64,000 nucleotides of DNA from assembly GCA_963759645.1 (NCBI GenBank), contig CAVXAI010000013.1, positions 289,535 to 353,534 of the forward strand. Direction: 5' to 3'. How positions within the stretch are numbered: the stretch's first letter is position 1; every line of letters begins with the position of its first letter. The notes below the pieces were generated by a model, which was not told where the DNA came from, made no database searches, and worked only from the letters and a program-made list of their open reading frames with translations. The DNA comes from an uncultured Acidimicrobiales bacterium (GTDB lineage: Bacteria; Actinomycetota; Acidimicrobiia; Acidimicrobiales; DATKAS01). The translations under genes and the position numbers were made by a program. Positions 23,168 through 31,923 of this stretch are shown in pieces.

Positions 23168-23641
23168 GTGGGTCAGCCGATCGCCGTCACGGAGAAGCCC
23201 GCGAACCGACCCGGCATCGTGCGGTTCGAAACGAACCGCAGCTTCACGGGCATGGGACACGAGCACTACCACTCGCTTGCCGACGCGACGGGCCCGCGGC
23301 CGCCCGACGAGATCGCCCGCCGCCTTCTCGCAACCGGCAAGGTCGACGGTGTGCACGTCTACATGAACGTGATCACCGTCGACGTGAAGAAGGGCCACGA
23401 CACGAGCGGCCTGAGCGACGTGATCGAGGGCCTTTACACGTACTGGCAGCCCGGGATGGTGCCGCCGGACTTCGAGGACGTCGCGGCCGAGGAACCCGCG
23501 GCTGGGGCACCGGCCACGTCAGGCGACGCGCCGGCAGACGACGCGATGTCGGAAGCCGCGAAGCGCGTTCCCGCCGCGTTGCTCGAACGCAGCCGCCTCG
23601 CGCGTGAGAAGGCAAAAGCGAAGGCCGCCGCCGGCGAGTAG
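23168..23641 (+). CDS. Hypothetical protein with Nfu/NifU N-terminal-like domain
   Basis: PANRPGIVRFETNRSFTG...VDGVHVYMNVITVD. TACCCT -10 box lies 7 nt before the GTG. Confidence 0.6.
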   Translation: MGQPIAVTEKPANRPGIVRFETNRSFTGMGHEHYHSLADATGPRPPDEIARRLLATGKVDGVHVYMNVITVDVKKGHDTSGLSDVIEGLYTYWQPGMVPPDFEDVAAEEPAAGAPATSGDAPADDAMSEAAKRVPAALLERSRLAREKAKAKAAAGE

Positions 23642-23667
23642 CCCGCGGCAGCTGTCGGCGCGTGAGG

Positions 23668-24039
23668 TCAGGCGGTCGTGACACGCTCGGCCCACGCGAC
23701 GCGGGGGACGTCGGACCACAGGCGTTCGAGCTCGTAGTACTTGCGCGTCTCGTCGAGAAACACGTGCACCACGAAGTCGCCGTAGTCGAGGAGCACCCAC
23801 TTGAGGTCGTCGAGACCCTCGACGCGAATCGGGCTCGGGCCGCCGTCGCGCTTGACCTCTTCCTCGACGGCGTCGGCGATCGTGCGCACTTGCCGCGTGT
23901 TCGAGCCGCTCACGATGACGAAGTAGTCCGTGATCGCGAGGACTGCTCCCACATCGAGCACCACCGGGTCATCGGCCTTCTTGGACGAGGCTGCCCGGGC
24001 GGCGACTTTCACCCACTGCTCGATCGTGTGCTCGCTCAC
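23668..24039 (-). CDS. rsfS: Ribosome silencing factor
   Basis: KKADDPVVLDV, TDYFVIVSG, WVLLDYGDFVVHVF, YYELERLW. Confidence 0.95.
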   Translation of the reverse strand: MSEHTIEQWVKVAARAASSKKADDPVVLDVGAVLAITDYFVIVSGSNTRQVRTIADAVEEEVKRDGGPSPIRVEGLDDLKWVLLDYGDFVVHVFLDETRKYYELERLWSDVPRVAWAERVTTA

Positions 24040-24043
24040 GCTG

Positions 24044-25553
24044 TCAGCCAGGGGAACCGCTCTCCCTATTCGTGGTGGATGGGACTGTGGTGGACGTGGA
24101 GCTCGTCGTCGTGGAGGACGCCTGATGGCGGGAAACCTCGGCCGCGAAGTCGGAGCCCAGCACCACGGTGAGGTCGATGCCGTCGATGACCGTAGCGTCC
24201 TGGGCGGCCGTCCCGACACCGAGCGACTCCGCCATGAACTCCGCGGCGCCCTTGAACCCCGGGGTCGAGTACAGGACCTGGGTCTTCGGTGCGGCGTCCC
24301 CACTGTCGCTCGCGATCACGAGGTTGGCGCCGAGCAGCAGCACGAGGTTCGCTGCCGTGAGCATCGCATCGGGGTCGCCGATCGTGTTGACGAGGCGGAT
24401 CCGCGCACTGTTCGTAGGCGGTGACACCGCGCCGGGCATCGCCTCAGCCACGAGTAGATGCATCGGCCCCTCGTCGGGACGATACGACTCCGGTTCGCCA
24501 TCGAGCGCGAGCACGGGAAGCACGAGCACCTCGTAGTCGCCCCCAGCGAGCGCGGCGAGGTGCTGACCGATCGGCAGCGGAGGGCGCACGGTCACCGGAT
24601 CCGCGCTCGACGACGTCGTGGGCGGCGATGTCGGCGGTGGCGGAGTGCTGTTCGCCGATCGACGCGAGGATGCCCGTCCACAGCTCCTCGTAACGCACGA
24701 GCCGGGCCGCCTCGGTCTCCGCGGGAGTGCCAGCCCCGAGCACCACCGGGACGTCGTCTGCGGTCAACGAGCTCAGGCCGGGTGGGAACAGCTCCTCGAG
24801 CCGCCCGTCGACACCGGGGATCGCGACGGGATCGTCGAACGAGACCTCGATCGGGCCGGTGACGACCGTCGGCCACGACGTCGTGTCGAGCACACTGACC
24901 TGCTCGACGCGGATGTCGAGAGCCGTTTCCACGGTTTGGCGCAGGAGCGTCGTGCCACCGGTCGCGAACGCGCTCGCGAGCGGGGCCGGCCCGATGCCCG
25001 GGCACCTCGACGCGCAGCAGGGTGGGCATCAGGATGAAGAAGCCACCCCGGCCACCGGGCCGGAGCGAGGCGACCGCGATCGTCTCGGCTCGGCCTTCGG
25101 CGTCGAGCCCGACGATGACCTGCGCCGGTGTCGGCGGCAGCACGACGTCCGCGGCCCGGCCCGCCTTCGCAACGAGCCGGCCTTCGCGACTGTCGATGAT
25201 CGTCTTGCCGGCAACCGCGCCGAGCACCGGGATCGCGCCGGCGATCAGCACCATGGCGAGCGCGATCCCCGCGGTGCGCCAGGGACGCGTGCGCAGGCGA
25301 TGAATGCTGCGACGAGATCGAGGCCGCACCTCCGGCGACGTCGGTTCCGCCTCCGGCGGTGTCGGTTCGGTTGGCTCGTCAACGATCGGTGCGCGGCGCG
25401 ACCGGGCGCATGCCCGGCGAGGTGTCTCGAATCGTGTCGCGCGCGCCCGGATACCGTCGCGATCGGTCCCGCGTCCGTGACGTCGACGACCGTGACGTCG
25501 ACGACCTGGGGTTCGCCCTCCTCGGGCTGGATGACTTCGGGATCTTCGATCAC
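24044..25553 (-). CDS. Membrane-anchored LCP-like protein with LytR C-terminal domain (frameshifted)
   Basis: TM helix, degenerate LCP-like core, and C-terminal RIRLVNT...DLTVVLGSDF. Sits between nadD and rsfS. Confidence 0.65.
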
Positions 25554-26191
25554 CGGACTGCGACCGCGTAGAGCCCCCGGCTACGGATGCACTCGATGAC
25601 GCCGGGAGGAAGGAGGTAGTCGAGCGGCCGCCCATCGGTCACCCGGGCGCGTAGGTCGGTGCTCGACACCTCGAGCCTGGGCACCTCGACCCGGAGCCAG
25701 CGCCAGCCCGCCGGGGGTTGCTCCCCCTCTGCGCCGGGGCGATCCACGACCACGACGGTGCAGCCGTCGCGCACCTCGTCCACCCGCTCCCAGGTCATGA
25801 GCCCACCGGCGGCGTCGCTCCCCACGATCAGGAAGAGCTCAGGGTCGTCGTACTGGTTGCGGAGCGCTGCGAGGGTGTCCGCCGTGTAGGACGAGCCGCC
25901 CCGGTCGATCTCGATGCGGCTCGCCTCGATGCCCGCAACACCCTGTGCGGCCGCTTCGACCATGGCGAGGCGGTCTTCCGGCGGGGTGATCTCCCGCTCG
26001 CCGACCTTCTGCCAGGGCACGTTGGCAACGACGAGCAACACCCGGTCGAGATCCAGGGCGTGGCGGACGTTGACGGCGGCGACGAGATGGCCGACGTGTG
26101 GGGGGTCGAACGTGCCTCCGAACACGCCGAGACGTTGAAGTGCAGTTCGCGGAGGTGCAGGACGTCGAGGTTCAGGTCGAGGTGACGGCAC
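25550..26191 (-). CDS. nadD: Nicotinate-nucleotide adenylyltransferase
   Basis: GVFGGTFDPPHVGH, SYTADTL, VSSTDLR. Confidence 0.95.
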   Translation of the reverse strand: MPSPRPEPRRPAPPRTALQRLGVFGGTFDPPHVGHLVAAVNVRHALDLDRVLLVVANVPWQKVGEREITPPEDRLAMVEAAAQGVAGIEASRIEIDRGGSSYTADTLAALRNQYDDPELFLIVGSDAAGGLMTWERVDEVRDGCTVVVVDRPGAEGEQPPAGWRWLRVEVPRLEVSSTDLRARVTDGRPLDYLLPPGVIECIRSRGLYAVAVR

Positions 26192-26343
26192 CGTCTCAAC
26201 CCTGCTCGGCTGCTGGCACGAAACCGCAGGCTACCTGTCGTTCGCATACCAGAAATGTGGAATGGGGACTGTGCCATGTGACACGCCTCGCCGATAAGGA
26301 GGAAGGGAATGACATCACCGTAGTTAGGGTTGCAGGATCTGCC

Positions 26344-27171
26344 ATGAGTGACGCAGTTGGTCTGTATCTGAATGAGATCGGTCAGGTCTCCCTCCTCAAC
26401 GCTGAAGAGGAGCGGGAGCTTTCCCGCGCGATCGAAGCCGGACGCCTCGCGTCCGAACGTCTCACCGCCGGCGACCAAGATCCCGAGCTCGAAGAGCTCA
26501 TCCGGGTCGCGGCCGCCGCCAAGGATCGTTTCATCCGGGCGAACCTCCGCCTCGTCGTGAGCATCGCCCGCCGCTATCCCCTGCCCGCGGGCATGGATCT
26601 CCTCGACCTCGTGCAGGAGGGCAACCTCGGCCTCGAGCATGCCGTCGACAAGTTCGATTGGCGGCGTGGCTTCAAGTTCTCCACGTACGCCACGTTCTGG
26701 ATCCGCCAAGCCATCGGGCGCGCGCTCGACCAGAAGGCAAGTCTCGTCCGGCTTCCCGGTGATCGTTCGGCGAGCCTGCGGGCCGCGCTTCGCCAGGTGT
26801 CGGGTGACGGCGACGAGCTCGACGACGAGAACGCCCGTCTCCACCGGCTGTCGACGCCGGTCTCGCTCGACCGGTCGATCGGCGAAGACGGTGACAGCAC
26901 GCTCGGCGATCTCGTGCCGAGCGACATGATCAGCCCGGAGCAGGCCGTCATCGCCGAAGCCGAGGGTGTCATGCTCGACGAGCTGCTCGGCACGCTCGAC
27001 AAGCGCGCTCGGTACGCGGTCGAGCGTCGGTTCGGTCTCGTCGATGGGCGCAAGTGCAGCTATCGAGAGGTGGGCGAGGAGCTCGGCGTCACCGCCGAAG
27101 CGGCTCGCCGCCTCGTCAAGCGGGCGGTCACGGGTCTCCGCGACGACGCCGCTCGCATCCTCGCCGCCTGA
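26344..27171 (+). CDS. Sigma-70 family RNA polymerase sigma factor (group 2-like)
   Basis: Region 1.2 DAVGLYLNEIG. Region 2 NLRLVVSIARRY...DLVQEGNLGL...GFKFSTYATFWIRQAI. Region 4 HTH present. Confidence 0.92.
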   Translation: MSDAVGLYLNEIGQVSLLNAEEERELSRAIEAGRLASERLTAGDQDPELEELIRVAAAAKDRFIRANLRLVVSIARRYPLPAGMDLLDLVQEGNLGLEHAVDKFDWRRGFKFSTYATFWIRQAIGRALDQKASLVRLPGDRSASLRAALRQVSGDGDELDDENARLHRLSTPVSLDRSIGEDGDSTLGDLVPSDMISPEQAVIAEAEGVMLDELLGTLDKRARYAVERRFGLVDGRKCSYREVGEELGVTAEAARRLVKRAVTGLRDDAARILAA

Positions 27172-27192
27172 TCCCCCCGTCGGGCTGGCGTC

Positions 27193-27242
27193 ACGGCCCG
27201 CCCCCGAGCGCACGCCCCCCGGGCGCTCGGGCGGCGGGCCGT
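27193..27242 (+). terminator. GC-rich hairpin after the sigma gene (no U-tract)
   Basis: acggcccgcc-cccgagcgc pairs with gcgctcggg-c-ggcgggccgt (19 bp, 1-nt bulge). Confidence 0.6.
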
Positions 27243-27310
27243 CTCGCGCTCCTGTCCTCGTCGCCATCCTCTCTTCGTCGCCGCTCTCCGCTCCGCTTCG
27301 ATCGGCTCCG

Positions 27311-27432
27311 GCTCGCTCCGCTCGACAATCGGTACTTCGCGCACCCGGCGCGCATCTGCGCCGCCCAACCTGCTCGCTCCGCTCGACAAGGCGGGCTTCG
27401 CGCACCCGCCGGCGCATTGCGCCGTCGAATCT
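27311..27432. repeat. Two tandem 61-nt structured REP-like units
   Basis: GCTCGCTCCGCTCGACAA-N6-CTTCGCGCACCCG-N2/3-GCGCAT(C)TGCGCCG at 27311 and 27372. Confidence 0.75.
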
Positions 27433-27471
27433 GCTTTGCACCGTGCCCTTCGCAACGGCCACCCTTTGCCT

Positions 27472-28827
27472 GTGAACACACCCTCGGCCGATCGCTGGTC
27501 GCCGTCGTCGTGGCGGGCCTTCCCGGCCGGTCAGCAGCCCGACTGGCCCGACGAGGGCGCGCTCGACCGGGCCCTCAAGCAGATCCACGGCTTTCCCCCG
27601 CTCGTGTTCGCCGGAGAAGCGCGCGGGCTGACCGAGTCACTCGGTCAGGTCGCGTCGGGAAACGCATTTCTGCTGCAGGCCGGCGACTGCGCCGAATCGT
27701 TCGACGACTTCTCGGCGGTGAGCATCCGGGAGAAACTGCGGGTCCTCCTCCAGATGGCCGTCGTGCTGACGTACTCGTCGGGGGTGCCGGTCGTGAAGGT
27801 CGGCCGTATCGCCGGCCAGTTCGCGAAGCCCCGCTCCGAGTCCATCGAGCGCGTCGGCGACACCGACCTGCCGTCGTTCCGCGGTCACATGGTGAACGAC
27901 ATCGTGCCCACGACGGCGGCGCGCACGCCCGACGCTGAGCGCCTCGTGCAGGCCTACCACCAGTCCGCGTCGACACTGAACCTGCTTCGCGCGTTCACGA
28001 AGGGCGGATTTGCCGACCTGTCGCGCGTCGCCGCGTGGAACCAGGAGTTTGTGGCGACCAGCCGCGAGGGCCAGCGCTACGAGGCGATCGCCTCGGAGAT
28101 CGAGCGCGCGTTGCGGTTCATGGCCGCCTGCGGCATCGATCTGGCACGCAGCCCGCAGCTGCACGAGGTCGACTTCTACACAAGCCACGAAGCGCTGATC
28201 CTCGGATACGAGGAGGCGCTCACCCGCACCGACTCCCTCACCGGCGAGTGGTACGACTGCTCGGCGCACATGCTCTGGATCGGCGACCGCACTCGCCAGC
28301 TCGACGGCGCGCACGTCGAGTTCCTCCGCGGCGTGGGCAACCCGATCGGATGCAAGATCGGACCGACGGCCACCGCCGACGAGGTGCTCGCGTTGTGCGA
28401 CACGCTCAACCCCGACCGGGTGCCCGGACGGCTCACGCTCATCGCCCGCATGGGCGCCGCCCGCGCCGACGAGTCGCTTCGGCCGCTGCTGCGCGCCGTC
28501 ACCGACGCCGGCCACCCCGTGGTCTGGGCGTGCGACCCGATGCACGGCAACACATTCACGAGCTCGTCGGGGCGCAAGACTCGCCACTTCGACGACGTCC
28601 TCGCGGAGCTGAGCGGCTTCTTCCGGGCACACGCCGCCGAGGGCACGTGGCCGGGTGGCGTCCACGTCGAGCTGACCGGCGACGACGTGACCGAGTGCCT
28701 GGGTGGCGCGGAGGAGATCCTCGACCACCAACTCGACGACCGCTACGAGACCATGTGCGATCCGAGGCTGAACGCCCGCCAGTCGCTCGATCTCGCCTAC
28801 CGCATCGCCGAGCTGCTGCGCAGGTGA
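27472..28827 (+). CDS. Class II DAHP synthase (3-deoxy-7-phosphoheptulonate synthase)
   Basis: GDCAESF, GRIAGQFAKPRS, WIGDRTRQ, DPMHGNT and CDPRLN motifs. Confidence 0.95.
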   Translation: MNTPSADRWSPSSWRAFPAGQQPDWPDEGALDRALKQIHGFPPLVFAGEARGLTESLGQVASGNAFLLQAGDCAESFDDFSAVSIREKLRVLLQMAVVLTYSSGVPVVKVGRIAGQFAKPRSESIERVGDTDLPSFRGHMVNDIVPTTAARTPDAERLVQAYHQSASTLNLLRAFTKGGFADLSRVAAWNQEFVATSREGQRYEAIASEIERALRFMAACGIDLARSPQLHEVDFYTSHEALILGYEEALTRTDSLTGEWYDCSAHMLWIGDRTRQLDGAHVEFLRGVGNPIGCKIGPTATADEVLALCDTLNPDRVPGRLTLIARMGAARADESLRPLLRAVTDAGHPVVWACDPMHGNTFTSSSGRKTRHFDDVLAELSGFFRAHAAEGTWPGGVHVELTGDDVTECLGGAEEILDHQLDDRYETMCDPRLNARQSLDLAYRIAELLRR

Positions 28828-28831
28828 GCCG

Positions 28832-29224
28832 CTAAGAGCCGAGCTGGATGGGCGGCGGGGTCACGAACGGCGTCGTCGATGGGGGCGGCGGCGGCGGAGG
28901 AGGTGGGGGCGGCGGCACGGTCGTCGTGGCACGGGGCCGGCGGCGCGAGGACGCGACGGGAACCGTCGTCTCAGGCGGGGGTGGAGGTGGAGGTGGCGCC
29001 ACCGTTGTCACCGCGAGCACCGTGGTGGCCGTCGTCTCGGCGGCCGGCGCAGTGGTCGAACCCGCGGCGACAGTCGTATCGCCGCTCGCCACCGTGTCCT
29101 CGGTCTTGACTGTCGGCGGGTCGTCGTCTTCAGTGCCGCTCGCCTTCACCGCGAAACCGACAACGAGACCGAGCGCGACACCACCGGTGACCGAGCTCGC
29201 CAACCACTTGCGCGGATAGCTCAC
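28832..29224 (-). CDS. Small exported Thr/Pro-rich protein
   Basis: N-terminal hydrophobic segment, then T/A-rich and poly-Pro tracts. Confidence 0.6.
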   Translation of the reverse strand: MSYPRKWLASSVTGGVALGLVVGFAVKASGTEDDDPPTVKTEDTVASGDTTVAAGSTTAPAAETTATTVLAVTTVAPPPPPPPPETTVPVASSRRRPRATTTVPPPPPPPPPPPPSTTPFVTPPPIQLGS

Positions 29225-29225
29225 C

Positions 29226-31863
29226 TCATGAAATTACTCGGCGACCTGCTCGCCGAAGGATCAGGTTCGCAACGAGACCCGTCCAACCTGTCTGGTGCGA
29301 TGCACCCAACCCCATGCCGTTGTCGCCATGGAAGTACTCGTGAAACATCAGATGGTCACGCCATGACGCATCGTTCTGAATGCGTTCGACCGCGCCATAG
29401 CACGGGCGTCGGCCGTGCTCGTCGAGAAGAAATGTCGAGATGAGTCGATCGCTGAGCTCGTCAGCCGCCTCTCGCAACGTGACCCGGTGGCCCGACCCGG
29501 TCGGCAGCTCGACTTTGAAGTCGTCACCCAGGTAGCGCCGGTAACGACGGAGCGACTCGATGATCAGGTAGTTCACCGGGAACCATACGGGGCCCCTCCA
29601 GTTCGAGTTGCCGCCGAACGACGTGGTCGTGGACTCGGCCGGCTGGTAGTCGACGCGTCGCTTCCGTGCCGCCGATCGTCAGGCGGAGCGGATGGTCGAG
29701 GTGGCGACGGCTCAAGCTGCGGATGCCGTGGGGCGACAGGAACTCGTCCTCGTCGAGCATGGCGCTGAGGATGCGCGACAGGCGCTCCGGCCCGACGATC
29801 GAGAGCAATCGGCGCCCTCGCCGTCCTGACTCCTGCGTGTGGGCGATCACATCGGCGAACTCGGGCTTGTTCCGCTCGAACCAGGTGAACCGAAACGCGA
29901 AGTCGGGCAGCAGCAAGCGAGCGTCATCGTCGAACACGATCGCGGCAGTCATCGGGATGAGGCCCACCATCGACCGGCACCGCAACGGCGTCGTCGAGCC
30001 GTCCGGGCCGCGGAGGACGTCGTAGTAGAACCCGTCCTCCTCGTCCCATAGGCCCTGCTTGTTCATTGCCGTCGCGATGTAGGTGAAGTGCTCGAAGAAC
30101 TTCGTCGCGACGTCCTCATACGCGCGGTCGTGCAGCGCTAGCAGCAACGCCATCTCGAGGAGCTCGAGGCAGTAGCGCGCCATCCAGGCCGTGCCGTCGC
30201 TCTGCTCGAGGATCTGGTCTCCCGGCAACGCCGCGCCGCGGTCGATCGGACCGATGTTGTCGAGGCCGAGAAACCCGCCCTCGAAGACGTTGTTGGCCTC
30301 TTCGTCCTTCTGGTTCACCCACCACGTGAAGTTCAGAAGCAGCTTGTGGAACACACGCTTCAGGAAGCCGAAGTCGCGCCTGCCGTCGATGCGAAACACT
30401 TGGATCGCGGCCCACGCGTGGACCGGCGGGTTGACGTCGCCGAACGCCCACTCGTATGCGGGCAGCTGTCCGTTCGGATGCTGGTACCACTCGCGCAGCA
30501 GCAGGAGCAGCTGGCGCTTCGCGAAGTCCGCGTCGACGTGCGCGAGGGCCACGCAGTGGAACGCAAGGTCCCATGCCGCGAACCACGGGTACTCCCAGGT
30601 GTCCGGCATGGAGATGACGTCGAAGCAGTCGACGTGGCGCCACTCCTTGTTGCGCCCGCGCGTGCGTTCCGGCGGAGGCGGCGCGCCTCGACGGGATCTC
30701 CCTCGAGCCAGCGGGCGACGTCGTAGTGGAAGAACTGCTTCGACCACAGCATCCCGGCGAAGGCTTGCCGCAGCACACGAGCCTCGTCCTCGGTCGCCGC
30801 CGGCGGCGTGAGCCGGGCGTAGAAGCTGTCGGCCTCGGCCCGCCGTCATCGAGAGGATGTCGTCGAACGAGTCCTCCTCGCGGTCGGCAGCGCGGGCCGA
30901 GCTGGAAGCGCACCTCGGCGGTCTCGCCGGGCCCGACCGTGAGTCGATAGCGCGCGGCCGCCTTGGTGCCCGACCGTTCGGGGTTGACGGTGTCCGCGCC
31001 GTGCACGACGTAGTCGTTGATGCCGTCCTTCGGGAAACCGTGTTCCCGGCATGCCGAACAGACGTTGTCGCGTTCGTCTCGTTCTCGCAGAAGAGCAGCT
31101 CGGGATCGCCCGCGAGCTCGAGCAGGTAGCGGCCCAGCTCGTGGTGCTCCGCGACGATGGCGCGTGCCTCGGTCGTCAGCGTCGGCTTGCGGGCATCGAT
31201 GCCCCATGACCAGGTGTTGCGGAACCACAGCGTCGGCAGGACCTCGATCGTCGCCGGTCTCGGGCCCGGCGTTGCCGACCGTGACCTTGACGTAGACGTC
31301 GTCGGGCGTCGCCTTCGCGAACTCTGCCTCGATCCACCAATAGCGGTCGTCATCGAAGACGCCGGTGTCGATGAGCTCGAACTCGGGATCCTGCTTCGCT
31401 GCGGCGCCGGTTCTCCTCGACGAGGCGGCCATAGGGGAACTCGCTCTGGGGGTAGTGGTAGCGCCACCGCATGTACGAATGGGTGGGCGTGGAGTCGACG
31501 AACCACCAGTACTCCTTGGCGTCCTCGGAGTGGTTGCCCTCCTCCGCGTTCAGCCCGAAGATGCGCTCCTTGAGAATCGGGTCGCGCCCGTTCCAGAACG
31601 CGAGCGAGAGGCACAGCGTCTGGCGGTCGTCGCACCAGCCGGCGAGGCCATCCTCGTTCCACCGGTACGCACGCGACCGCGCGTGGTCGTGGGGAAAGGA
31701 GTCCCACGCCGTGCCGTAGGGGCTGTAGTCCTCGCGCACGGTTCCCCAGGCTCGTTCGGCGAGGTACGGGCCCCATCGCTTCCAGGCAACGAGGCCTTGA
31801 TCGGCCTCCTCGAGCCGGCGGCGCTCCGCCGACGTCGTCAGTCCGAGGTCGAGTGGACGCCAT
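29226..31863 (-). CDS. GH63/MGH1-like glucosidase (multiple frameshifts; start approximate)
   Basis: [68 protein letters not shown]. Confidence 0.9.
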
Positions 31864-31923
31864 CGGTCGAGCCCCTTCCACTCCAGCGCCTCGCGGGCGA
31901 TGATGACATGAGGAGGGATCTTC

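Noticed and set aside
27311-27432. CRISPR array
   Set aside because: Only two units, the would-be spacers resemble each other, and there are no cas genes.
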